64,000 bases of DNA from Woeseiaceae bacterium (lineage in GTDB: Bacteria; Pseudomonadota; Gammaproteobacteria; Steroidobacterales; Woeseiaceae). The translations under genes were made by a program, and so were the position numbers. The notes below the pieces were generated by a model, which saw only the letters and a list, made by a program, of their open reading frames with translations, made no database searches and was not told where the DNA came from. Location: NCBI GenBank assembly GCA_035698445.1, contig DASSBS010000048.1, positions 4,367 to 68,366 on the forward strand. The letters run 5' to 3'. Positions 34,796-44,056 of this stretch are shown here, in pieces; the first letter of the stretch is position 1, and the number at the start of each line of letters is the position of its first letter.

Positions 34796-36238
34796 ATGCG
34801 AAGTGCGATGCATCCATTCATAGGCGCCTGGATCCCCGTCGTTGTGGCGGTCGCGGTTCTGGCAGGGTGCGCGGTCAACCCGGTCACGGGCGAGCGCCAG
34901 CTGGCGCTGATCTCCGAGGCCCAGGAGATCCAGATGGGCCGGGAGGCGGCCCGGCAGGTAAAGCAGACCGTCGGCCTGGTGGAGAACGAGGCGTTGCAAG
35001 CCTACGTCAATCGCATCGGCCAGGAGCTGGCCGCCGACTCCGAACGTCCTAGCCTGCCTTGGTCCTTCGCCGTGCTCGACGATCCCACGCCCAACGCTTT
35101 CGCGCTGCCCGGCGGCTTCATCTTCATCACCCGCGGGCTGCTGAGCCTCCTGAACTCGGAAGCCGAGCTCGCCACCGTGCTCGGGCACGAGATCGGCCAT
35201 GTCACGGCGCGCCATTCCGTGACCATGCTGAGCCGCGCACAGCTCGCGCAGCTCGGACTCACGATCGGCAGCATCCTGTATCCCGAGCTCGGCACCGTCC
35301 GGCAGCTCGCCGGCGCCGGGCTGCAGCTCCTGTTCCTGAGCTACGGCCGTGACGCCGAGCGCCAGGCCGACCGCCTGGGCTTCAGTTACGCGCTGTCGGA
35401 GGGCTACGACGTCAGGCACATGGCGGAGGTCTTCGTCGCCCTTCGGCGTGCCGGAGATCTGAAAGGGCGCAGCGCGCTGCCCGCCTGGCTCACCACCCAT
35501 CCCGCGCCCGAGGACCGTATCGAGGCCGTGCAGGAACGGCTGCAGAACCTGGAGGGTTCGCTGGCCCAGGCCGAAGTCGGCCAGGAGCAGTATCTGCAAA
35601 TAATCGAGGGATTGACCTACGGCCAGAGCCCGCAGCAGGGCTTCTTCCGCGATGGCGTCTTCTACCATCCCGCGCTCGGCTTTCGGTTCGCCGTGCCGGC
35701 GAACTGGCAGACGCAGAACCTCGCCCGCGCGGTGGTGGCGGCGAGCCCGGAGCGCAACGCGGCCGTCGAGCTGACCCTGGTACCCGACGAGCCCGCCGCC
35801 GCCGCTCGCCAGTTCCTCGGGCAACAGGGCTTGCGCGCCAACGCAACGGAGCGCCAGCGGATACACGGTGTTCCGGCGCTGGTCAGCCTGTTCGAGGCGC
35901 AGACGCACCAGGGGCCGATTCGCGGCTACGCCGCCTTCCTGGGGTACGGCGGTGAGACCTACCGGTTCATTGCTTATGCATCCGCGCCGGACTTCGACCG
36001 CTACGACGCCACCTTCGAGCAGATCATAAGCAGTTTTGCGCCACTGACCGATCCCGGGATCCTCAACCTGCAGCCGCCGCAGATCGAGATCGTGCAGATC
36101 GACGAGTCCCTCACGCTCGCGGAATTCGACGAGCGCTATCCCTCGACCATTCCGCTCGACGAGCTGGCGGTGATCAACCAGGTGGCCGGTCCCGACGCGG
36201 TGCTGGAACCGGGAACACTGGTCAAGCGCGTCGTATAG
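34796..36238 (+). CDS. M48-family zinc metalloprotease lipoprotein
   Basis: ORF 34796..36238. Lipobox VLAGC. HEIGH zinc motif within VLGHEIGHVTARHSV. Also DAERQADRLGFSY and THPAPEDRI. Confidence 0.9.
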   Translation: MRSAMHPFIGAWIPVVVAVAVLAGCAVNPVTGERQLALISEAQEIQMGREAARQVKQTVGLVENEALQAYVNRIGQELAADSERPSLPWSFAVLDDPTPNAFALPGGFIFITRGLLSLLNSEAELATVLGHEIGHVTARHSVTMLSRAQLAQLGLTIGSILYPELGTVRQLAGAGLQLLFLSYGRDAERQADRLGFSYALSEGYDVRHMAEVFVALRRAGDLKGRSALPAWLTTHPAPEDRIEAVQERLQNLEGSLAQAEVGQEQYLQIIEGLTYGQSPQQGFFRDGVFYHPALGFRFAVPANWQTQNLARAVVAASPERNAAVELTLVPDEPAAAARQFLGQQGLRANATERQRIHGVPALVSLFEAQTHQGPIRGYAAFLGYGGETYRFIAYASAPDFDRYDATFEQIISSFAPLTDPGILNLQPPQIEIVQIDESLTLAEFDERYPSTIPLDELAVINQVAGPDAVLEPGTLVKRVV

Positions 36239-36349
36239 CGCGGGAGAGCGGTTCCGCGGGTAACCGCGCGTGATCGGCGCGCCACGGCTGGCACGCAACC
36301 TGCATTCTCTCTATGGCGCCAGCGTGTTACTACCCACAGGAGGAACAGG

Positions 36350-37027
36350 ATGCAGGATAAGACTATTTCACTCAGCGCGGCGATCGCCGCCGCTCTCGCC
36401 GGAAGCGCTGCCTTGTCCGTCGCGCAAGCAGACCAGGACGACAACGTGCAAAGCATTTCCGAATGGAGTTATGACGAGCTCGATGAGGGCATGAGCGCCG
36501 AGGAGTTCCTGGACGCGGAAGTGTACGACCAGGAGGGTGACAACATCGGCGAGCTCGAAGACCTGGTCGTTGCCGGCGGCGGCGAGCGCATTACCGGCAT
36601 GGTGATCGAGACCGGAGGCTTTCTCGACATCGGTGACACCCATCTCGTCTATCCCTACGACAAGGCCGAAATACAGAGCACCGACTCGGTCCAGGTTTCG
36701 ATCGACGGCGAGAACGTCGAGGAGTTCAGCTTGTTTGATGCCGAAGGCGAGCCGATTCCGGGCGAGAAATGGCGCATCACCGAGCTCATCGGCGACTACG
36801 CCTACACCGCCGACGGCGGCTACGGCTGGATCGAGGACGTCGTCATTGATAAATCCGGGCAGATCAAGGCGGTGGTGGTCGATCCCGACGTGACCTACGG
36901 AATCGACGGCTATTACGCCTGGCCCTTCTATGCGGGATACTACAACCCCGTCGCAGGCATCTACGAGGTGCCTTACACCCTGAACGAGGTCAGCACGCTC
37001 GATCCGTTCGGCTACGACACACTGTAG
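36350..37027 (+). CDS. Secreted PRC-barrel domain protein (paralog of 33038..33883)
   Basis: ORF 36350..37027 with AGGAGGA RBS and a signal peptide ending SVAQA. FLDAEVYDQEGDNIGELEDLVVAGGGERITGMVIETGGFLDIGDTHLVYPYDKAEI. The C-terminal YYAWPF..GYYNPVAGIY is shared with the paralog. Confidence 0.8.
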   Translation: MQDKTISLSAAIAAALAGSAALSVAQADQDDNVQSISEWSYDELDEGMSAEEFLDAEVYDQEGDNIGELEDLVVAGGGERITGMVIETGGFLDIGDTHLVYPYDKAEIQSTDSVQVSIDGENVEEFSLFDAEGEPIPGEKWRITELIGDYAYTADGGYGWIEDVVIDKSGQIKAVVVDPDVTYGIDGYYAWPFYAGYYNPVAGIYEVPYTLNEVSTLDPFGYDTL

Positions 37028-37054
37028 CCGGTCCGCTGCAGGCTGCGCGCTGCA

Positions 37055-37636
37055 ATGGTGGATGTCGACAGTCAACATTTTCGGGTTACGGCGCAATGTG
37101 GCGTGCTGCTGCTGGGCGCTTCCGTGCTCGGGCTGGCCCTCTTCGGCAACTGGATGGATGCGCTCCTGATGGCGGCGTTCCTGCTGGTTGCCGGCGGGCT
37201 GGTTTACGCACCGAGGAGATTGCCAGCGCTCTTCGGAATGCTGCTCGTGCTGGCGCTCCTGGTCAACGGCGCTGCCTGGATCTGGGATCTGTACGACACC
37301 ATCCCGGGATACGACGAATCGGCGCACTTTTTCACGACATTCGCGGTCACGCTGCCGCTGGGCTTTGTGACGTACCGGTCCGTGCAGGTGCACTTCCGGG
37401 ATCACCGCCCGCTCTTCTTCATCACGATCGCGAGCTTCGGCATTAGTCTCGGCGTCGTCTGGGAGGTGCTGGAGTTCATATTCCAGAAGGATCTGCTGAA
37501 CCCGGTGAGCGACATGATCATGGACGGCCTCGGGGCAGCGGCGGCAGGTCTGGCCGCTGCCTGGCTCCCGGGCTTGGCGCCGCCCGATCATGGGCCTGCG
37601 CGCCCGAATCGGTCGAGAACTGAGGTCTGGCAATGA
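37055..37636 (+). CDS. Hypothetical integral membrane protein
   Basis: ORF 37055..37636 with about 5 hydrophobic segments. No family recognised. A long antisense ORF overlaps it but looks spurious. Confidence 0.45.
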   Translation: MVDVDSQHFRVTAQCGVLLLGASVLGLALFGNWMDALLMAAFLLVAGGLVYAPRRLPALFGMLLVLALLVNGAAWIWDLYDTIPGYDESAHFFTTFAVTLPLGFVTYRSVQVHFRDHRPLFFITIASFGISLGVVWEVLEFIFQKDLLNPVSDMIMDGLGAAAAGLAAAWLPGLAPPDHGPARPNRSRTEVWQ

Positions 37637-37715
37637 GACAGCCCACCTGAAGTGCCGCCTTACGGTCCGATGAGCGTAACGTGCGGCTCAGCGCCCAGTG
37701 TTCGGAGATGCGAGA

Positions 37716-39018
37716 ATGATTCATGACAAATCGAGTTGCGCAATCTCGATGCCGGCGATCACCGGTGGGTTGGCGCTGCTTCTGAGCTTCTCTACCGGTG
37801 CTGCGGGCCAGCAGCAGGATGGCGCGGCGGAGACCCGGCGGGCAGGTCCCGAGATCCCTGCGATGACCTGCAGACGGGGCGAGACCGTACTCTGAGCGAT
37901 CGGGAGATCATCGCACTCGTCAGGGCTTCCCTTACCGACACCGAACAGCTCGACGCTGAATCGCTCACGGCCTCTCTCGACGACGGCGTGGTCACCCTAT
38001 CGGGCGTCGTCAACAATCTTCTCACGCACGATCGGGCGCTTCGGTCTGCCGCAACGGTGCGAGGCGTGCGCGCGATCGACGACGCCATCACCGTGCAGCC
38101 GAGCGAGGTGTCGGATACGCAGTTAGCGCGCGACCTGGCACAGGCGCTGGCGCTCGATCCCGCTACCGAGTACTGGGAAATCAAAGCCCTGGTCGATGAC
38201 GGGTTCGTGACATTGCTGGGCTCGGTCCAGTCACTGGCGGAGAAAACGCTGGCGACGCGGGTTGCGAAGAGTGTGCGCGGCGTGCGCGGCGTGGAGAACG
38301 AGATCGTGATCGACCTACCAGTGGATCGCAGCGACGAGCAGATCGCCCATGACGTCCTGCAGCTGATTCGCTGGAGTGTCGTTGTCGACGCCGAAACGAT
38401 CGAGGCCGAAGTGGACGACGGCATCGTGATCCTGTCCGGGCACGTCGATACGCTTTACGAGAAAGGACAGGCAGCGCGGCTCGCGGCCGTTACCGGAGCC
38501 AGGGAGGTCGACGTCTCGGATCTCGACGTGCGCTGGACCGAGGACGACGACGGCCCGACAGGTTTCCCCGAACGCACGGGCGAGGAACTGAAAGCAGCCG
38601 TTCGCATGGCGTTCTCGATGAGTCCGCGCCTCAGCTCATCATTCGAACCGGAGATAGCAATCGACGACCGGGTAGTCACCTGATCGGCACCGTCGAGAGC
38701 CTGGCGGCGAAGCTCGCTGCCGGCGATCTCGCGCGCAACACTCTGGGTGTTGAGGCGGTACGCAACCTGCTCGAGGTAAAACCGCCGGAAACCGTTGTAG
38801 ACGAGGAACTGGAAGAACGTGTATCCGCCGCGCTGCAATGGAATCCGTATGTGAGCAACGTCGAGATCTACGTTTTAGCGGTAGGCGGTGAAGTGTACCT
38901 GGAAGGCGAGGTAGACTCCTGGTTCGAGCGATATGCGGCCGGCAGCGCCGCCGCGCGTGTCGCGGGCGTGGCAGAGGTCCACAACAATATCGACGTCGAA
39001 TACGAACGGATCAGCTGA
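37716..39018 (+). pseudogene. Secreted protein with five BON domains, split over three reading frames (two frameshifts)
   Basis: The signal peptide (MIHDKSSCAISMPAITGGLALLLSFSTGAAGQ, GGAGA RBS) is in the frame of ORF 37698. BON1-3 and the first half of BON4 are in ORF 37736..38683. The rest of BON4 and BON5 are in a third frame that I translated by hand: LIGTVESLAAKLAAGDLARNTLGVEAVRNLLEV...VYLEGEVDSWFERYAAGSAAARVAGVAEVHNNIDVEYERIS*, stop at 39016-39018. Confidence 0.6.
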
Positions 39019-39580
39019 AGCCGTGGTCTCGCTCTCGAGAGTGCGACCGCAACGTTGCCGCAGGTCGCCGCGCTGCAGTGGATGATCGATTACGGCGTCG
39101 GGACCTATGCCGCTCCAGCCGGCGCCGGGTGACCGCGTCGGCACGCGCCGGATATCCCGGTCGAGGGTGGCCGTTACTGACCCTCCAGTTCCGTCCGGCA
39201 AGTCAACGTGCCGCGCTGGATCAGCGGCTGGGTCCTGTTCCTGGCGTTGCAGGGACTGGTGCCCCGCTATCATCCATTATTCCCTTGTTGCATCAGATGA
39301 ACAACGAACTGGGCCAGGTCGGAGGCCGTGAGTTGCCGCAGGTCGCAAAGACCAGGCGCGCGCCATTGGCCCGGGAACTGCGCCAGCGTGCCCCTGGCTG
39401 GCGACGGTACCATCGAATGCCGCGCGCAGCGGCGCCTTGCTCGGCCATTCCACCTGTTTGCCCTAAGCTTCGATCAACTCCTCCGCTCTCATCCCCGCAA
39501 TGCATCTGCAGTCACCGCTTGCCCACTCAAATCATGTTGAGTGTTAAACCGGTTATCCCGCCGGTCTCGGCGTGACTGCC

Positions 39581-39609
39581 GCAAATGGCTGTTGCCATTT
39601 GCTTTTTCT
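39581..39609 (+). terminator. Rho-independent terminator with no credible upstream CDS (orphan)
   Basis: GCAAATGGC-tgtt-GCCATTTGC followed by TTTTTCT. The T-tract is present only on the plus strand. Confidence 0.55.
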
Positions 39610-40096
39610 GCGACGGACTGCGTGCTGATCCACGGCACCTCTGGACCGCTTCTATAGGAGCGGTGGGGCGATGCTGGCTCAATCCCTCAACCGAGGGACC
39701 CATGCCGGCTCAGCGTCCGTTTTTGTTTTTGCACGGATTTGCAGGCGCTTTGGCGCAGCCAACCCGTTGATAGATGAACCAATTGCTGGCCCAATCGCCG
39801 CCTGTCTCTATTCCGCTTCGCGGCCATAGAGACAGGCGCGGGACAGAATGCTGGGTCAGGGGATCGCAGATAGAGCGATCGATTGCGCCAGGCATTCAGT
39901 TGCGGTCCCGATAGCTGCGGCAGAACGCTTTGCTGATCGGGGTCGGAATGGACTGCGGCATAGCGCCGGCAATCCTCGGGCGCCGCTGGGTCAGAAACCC
40001 GTGCTCATTGCAAGCGGCAGAGCACTTGGGTGCCGACGTTTTGTCGGCGGGGTGCTGGCGCATGGCCAGCGGTTAAACCTTGCCGAGACACCGGCT

Positions 40097-40459
40097 TTAC
40101 CAGTGGTGGCTGCAATTCAGTCGTTGGCCTGACACGTCTTCTCTTGCCGCGTCAGTCACGGCTGTCTCCAGGCGGAAGAAATCTTCGCCGCAACGTTGGT
40201 CACGCACAATTTCGATTAATCCATGCCGCTCGAGACGCCTCAGGTAGCTCCGGCATCGCCCGCGCGAACGGCCAAGACGCTTCGCCAGACCCGCCGCGTT
40301 CACATAGCCGCAGCCCGCTTCATCAGCCATTTCATACAGGAACAGAAACAGGAGGCATTCGGTGGCGGCCAGATAGCGATGCCGCAGGTAAAACAGCAGT
40401 GTCTCGATCACGAGGCCCGTCCTATTTCCTACGCCGCTTGCCACTATCTGACCCTCCAT
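40097..40459 (-). CDS. Winged-helix DNA-binding protein (mobile-element regulatory or replication-type)
   Basis: ORF 40097..40459. GYVNAAGLAKRLGRSRGRCRSYLRRLERHGLIEIV is a wHTH pattern. The start is uncertain because it overlaps the upstream ORF by 38 nt. Confidence 0.45.
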   Translation of the reverse strand: MEGQIVASGVGNRTGLVIETLLFYLRHRYLAATECLLFLFLYEMADEAGCGYVNAAGLAKRLGRSRGRCRSYLRRLERHGLIEIVRDQRCGEDFFRLETAVTDAAREDVSGQRLNCSHHW

Positions 40460-40748
40460 TTCGCCATGCCGCCAACCTCCTTTTCAGTTCCTCCGGATCA
40501 AGCGTCAGCGCCTCCGCCACCGAGATCGCCTGATAGCGCACGCGGCGACCAAAGCGCAGCTTCTTCAGATTCAGGTACAGCACATTGGGCGCTTGCGATC
40601 GTCGCAGCGTGTTGTGCAGACTCTTTGGCGAAACGCTAAGGACATCGGCGACCTGGTCGTGCCGCAGAAGCGGTCCGTACTTCACGGTCAGCACCTGCTG
40701 AAGCACCTCCACCGAATTTGTCGCTATTCTGCCCACCGCCTGCTCCAT
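40422..40748 (-). CDS. Putative excisionase / AlpA- or PrtN-like HTH protein
   Basis: ORF 40422..40748. LLRHDQVADVLSVSPKSLHNTLRR...LRFGRRVRYQAISVAEAL resembles small mobile-element HTH proteins. The assignment is tentative. Confidence 0.4.
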   Translation of the reverse strand: MEQAVGRIATNSVEVLQQVLTVKYGPLLRHDQVADVLSVSPKSLHNTLRRSQAPNVLYLNLKKLRFGRRVRYQAISVAEALTLDPEELKRRLAAWRNGGSDSGKRRRK

Positions 40749-42063
40749 TCGGTTCCGACTCGAGCGGGTTTCACAATCCGATTTCTTCCACGGGTTTCAC
40801 GTTGATGCTTCCCAACGCAGGACGATGCCAATGAATCGCACAGGCGTGACATACATCACGGCTACGGCGTGGCGGTCATTGAGAAAAGGGGAAGTTGATG
40901 CTAATCGTCCGTGGCAGCCAATGGCTCATTGGCTACGCAGAGCAATCGCCAGAACATTCAGCTGATTGAGCGGACTGTTAGTCCGAAATGACGACGACGG
41001 TTTTCAGCTGCTACCGAGGGTGACGGACCAACAGAGCGTGCCCGAAAGTTCGGCCGCTGCGATCGCAGCGCTTTTAAGATGAGCACTCTCGTGCCCTTTG
41101 GCGTGAATGTACTCCGGTGCACACATCAATGTGCCCGGTCCTTCAAAGCGGACGGCAGACTACCCCCTCGGTGCTCGGTTGGCAACCACAAATTCCGCAT
41201 GTGAGTCGCCAGGTTGACGCGGGTTACCTGAAGTTCCCTTGCGTTGCCATGCAGCCAAGGCACCGGCAATGACCGGACGCGCAAATCTGCGCACTTGCGG
41301 CAGCAATTCCCGATGTTCGTCCAGACTTTCCAGCTGCGTCCTGGATGATCGGTCAGCCGGATAGAGCTTTGCACGGGAAACGGGAGTCGAATCGCTGATC
41401 CGATTAACGCTCGCTGCAGCGGTCAGACGGAAGTAGGGTCAGGCCATCGCAGCTCGATTGCTGCGAACATTCATCGAAGCAACCGCATTCTGCGGACGTT
41501 GTAGAGACGATGCCCTTCGTCCCCCGGGCCGATCACGGGGGCTTTGGATTTGGCAGCGGTTGCGAGCGCATCCAGGCGCTGCGGCACCGCCGATCCACTA
41601 CACCAAGTTTCTCTGTGTCCGCGGGCTACGCCGCGGCCATCAACGTCCTCAGCCGCGTCAACAAACGTTCTCGCGCCATTGCCACCCTCGCCCAGCTTTC
41701 ACTGCGTCTCTTCGTGCCGGTGACGGCTGTTCTGCGACTGGATCGCGTTTGGGTTTATGCGAATCCCCAAGCGCCGCCCGTTGCTTCTCTCTTGGTATGC
41801 CCCCGACGCTCAGCCGTGCCACGGGTGTCGGCCGTCTTCCCTGACAACTCAGTCGCAAGGAGGTCATGTGATGTCTCATCAACCTGTGGTGTGCGCCTTG
41901 GATGTCGCACATGCTTCAGTGTGGCGGTGATCGACTGTCTGGTGGCGGGCATGACGTCCCGTCCTGGACGGGGTGAGCAGAATGCGTAAGACTCCCGCAA
42001 ATACGACGCGCATCCTGCGGCTGGAGCCCGCCGCCCAGCGGAGTCATAATAGGCGCGGCGCGC

Positions 42064-43839
42064 ATGACGATGGCAAGCCCGATCGACGGATCGTCGCGCT
42101 CGTCAGACTCCTCGCCCGGCTCGCCGCCGAAGAGGATTTCCGCCGCGGACACGACGAACGGTAACGATCTTGTGAACGAAAAGAACCAAAAACGCGTGGC
42201 GATCTACGCCCGCTATTCGAGCGATCTGCAGAGCGCTTCCTCCATCGAGGACCAAGTGCGTCTCTGTACCAGTCAGGCGAAATCGAAGAGCTGGGAACTC
42301 GTCAATTGCTATACCGATGCAGGACTTTCCGGCGCCTCGCTGATGCGCCCCGGCATCCAGGCTTTGATCGCCGATGCGCTGGCCGGGAAGTTCGACATCG
42401 TGCTCGCCGAAGCTTTGGACCGCATCTCGCGCGACCAGGCAGATATTGCAGGTATCTACAAGCGGATGGAGTTCGCGGGCGTGAAGGTCGTGACGCTCTC
42501 GGAAGGCGAGATTTCTTCCCTGCACATCGGCCTCAAAGGCACGATGAACGCGATGTTCCTGAAGGACCTTGCCGACAAGACCCGAAGGGGATTGCGCGGG
42601 CGCGTCGAGCGCGGGAAATCGGGCGGCGGTATTGCCTACGGCTACGATGTCGTCAAACGCTTCGATAACGAAGGACGACCTTTGCGAGGCGACCGCACCA
42701 TCAACGACGCACAGGCGTCTATCGTGCGTCGCATTTTCGAAGAATACGCATCACGCAACAAATCCCCGAGAACGATCGCGTCGGAACTGAATGCGGAAGG
42801 GATCCCCTCGCCTGCCGGCAATACCTGGTCGCAATCCACGATCAACGGCAACCGCCGGCGCGGCACCGGCATCCTTAACAACGAACTCTATATCGGAAGG
42901 CTGGTATGGAACCGCCAGCGCTTCATCAAGGACCCGGAGACCGGGAGGCGCGTCACGCGGCTGAACGACGAAAGCGAGTGGACCACGCAGGAATTGCCCG
43001 AGCTGCGCATCGTCCCACAGGAGTTGTGGGATGCGGCCAAAGCCCGGCAGAGGGACCTCGACGCCAGAGCGCCCGGCATGTGGCAAAGAAACCGCCCACG
43101 TTACCTGCTCTCCGGCCTCGTCAAGTGTGGTGTATGCGGCGGCGGATACGCGAAGGTAAACCCGACCCACTACGGGTGTGCGTCGTCCAAGAACAAGGGC
43201 GAGTCTGTTTGCGCCAACCGAAAGACGATCGCCAGGGACAAACTGGAAAATGCGGTGCTCTCGGCCTTGCAGACCCATCTCATGCGGGCGGATCTCCTCG
43301 ACGTCTTCTGCGCGGAATACACGAAACATCTGAATGCCCTCAGAGCCGCGCAGGATACTGCTCGGAAGACTCGCATAGCCGAGAAGATCCGGCTCGAAAG
43401 GGAGCGGGAGAACGTCCTCAGGGCGATCCGGGAGGGAATCGAGGCTCGGCTGGTCAAGGACGATCTGGAGCGCGTCACCGCCCGTCTCGAGGAGTTGGGC
43501 GCCGATACGGCGGGCGATGGCCGTAGTGCTGGCCCCAAGCCGCTGTTGCACCCGGCTATGGCACAGCACTACCGGCGCGAGGTCGAGAATCTCAGGAATG
43601 CGCTGGACCGTAAGGACGGGCGCAGCGAAGCCGCGGAGCATTTGCGGGCGCTGATCGACAAGATCGTGCTCACGCCCGAAAAGGGGCGAGAAGACCTTCG
43701 CATCGACCTCTACGGCGATCTCGCAGGCATCCTGGACATCAGCCAGAAACGAGCTCGGCCCGGAAACGAGGGTTCCGAGCCGAACAAGATAGCGTTGGTA
43801 GCGGGGGCAGGATTTGAACCTGCGACCTTCGGGTTATGA
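42064..43839 (+). CDS. Large serine recombinase (resolvase N-terminal domain + recombinase domain + zinc ribbon + coiled coil)
   Basis: ORF 42064..43839. Catalytic region VAIYARYSSDLQSASSIEDQ...LAEALDRISRD. Recombinase domain GGIAYGYDV...GILNNELYIGRLVWNR. Zn-ribbon CGVCGGGY...YGCASSKNKGESVC. The last 44 nt overlap the tRNA-fMet 3' end (tail ...VAGAGFEPATFGL). Confidence 0.9.
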   Translation: MTMASPIDGSSRSSDSSPGSPPKRISAADTTNGNDLVNEKNQKRVAIYARYSSDLQSASSIEDQVRLCTSQAKSKSWELVNCYTDAGLSGASLMRPGIQALIADALAGKFDIVLAEALDRISRDQADIAGIYKRMEFAGVKVVTLSEGEISSLHIGLKGTMNAMFLKDLADKTRRGLRGRVERGKSGGGIAYGYDVVKRFDNEGRPLRGDRTINDAQASIVRRIFEEYASRNKSPRTIASELNAEGIPSPAGNTWSQSTINGNRRRGTGILNNELYIGRLVWNRQRFIKDPETGRRVTRLNDESEWTTQELPELRIVPQELWDAAKARQRDLDARAPGMWQRNRPRYLLSGLVKCGVCGGGYAKVNPTHYGCASSKNKGESVCANRKTIARDKLENAVLSALQTHLMRADLLDVFCAEYTKHLNALRAAQDTARKTRIAEKIRLERERENVLRAIREGIEARLVKDDLERVTARLEELGADTAGDGRSAGPKPLLHPAMAQHYRREVENLRNALDRKDGRSEAAEHLRALIDKIVLTPEKGREDLRIDLYGDLAGILDISQKRARPGNEGSEPNKIALVAGAGFEPATFGL

Positions 43840-43872
43840 GCCCGACGAGCTGCCAGACTGCTCCACCCCGCA
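43796..43872 (-). tRNA. Initiator tRNA-fMet (anticodon CAT)
   Basis: The minus strand reads TGCGGGGTGGAGCAGTCTGGCAGCTCGTCGGGCTCATAACCCGAAGGTCGCAGGTTCAAATCCTGCCCCCGCTACCA (77 nt). It has a 1:72 mismatch, three G-C pairs in the anticodon stem (GGG/CCC) and an encoded CCA. It is near-identical to E. coli tRNA-fMet as I recall it. Confidence 0.9.
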
Positions 43873-44056
43873 TCTGGAAGGCCGGGCATCATACAAAAAA
43901 GCACCGCCGCCGGCAAGGGCTCACCGCGGGCCGGTTTCGCGGCGCTTTCCGGCCCCCGCGGTGCCTTGCCGGGGCGCGCTGGCCCGGCTCTGCTCTTGAC
44001 ACCGGCCCCCGTCTCCCCCGCTGGCCCGGCGGGCGCTCGCCGGGGCCGACGTCGGC

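Larger units (their letters stand above)
40097..43839. mobile_element. Putative integrated element at the 3' end of initiator tRNA-fMet (serine recombinase plus two small HTH genes; interior apparently decayed). Left boundary undefined and may reach about 39.0 kb
   Basis: The recombinase ORF reads into the tRNA 3' end. The stretch is visibly lower in G+C. There is no credible intact cargo ORF in 40.8-42.06 kb. I found no long direct repeat of the tRNA 3' end. Confidence 0.4.

Noticed and set aside
34760-37633. Minus-strand ORFs 34760..36298 (512 aa) and 36368..37633 (421 aa)
   Set aside because: They are antisense to the M48 protease, PRC-barrel and membrane-protein genes, and their composition is Arg/Gly/His-rich without motifs.
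39078-39575. 165-aa plus-strand ORF ending 6 nt before the orphan terminator
   Set aside because: It is tempting because of the terminator, but the translation is Arg/Pro/Ser-rich with no hydrophobic core pattern and no RBS. It is more likely non-coding.
39895-40062. 55-codon minus-strand ORF (MRQHPADKTSAPKCSAACNEHGF...) just downstream of the wHTH gene
   Set aside because: It is below the ORF-track threshold, has no convincing RBS or family match, and is too short to support.
41126-41374. 82-aa minus-strand ORF in the island interior
   Set aside because: No RBS and an odd composition (Cys/Arg/Trp). A different frame on the same strand looks more protein-like but lacks a start codon. The region is treated as decayed.
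41866-41990. AAGGAGG-preceded mini-ORF MSHQPVVCALDVAHASVWR* with a continuation in another frame (VAVIDCLVAGMTSRPG), reminiscent of an IS110-type transposase N-terminus
   Set aside because: Only about 40 codons, with similarity judged from a short GxDVxK-like motif alone. It is mentioned within the island finding but is not callable as a feature.
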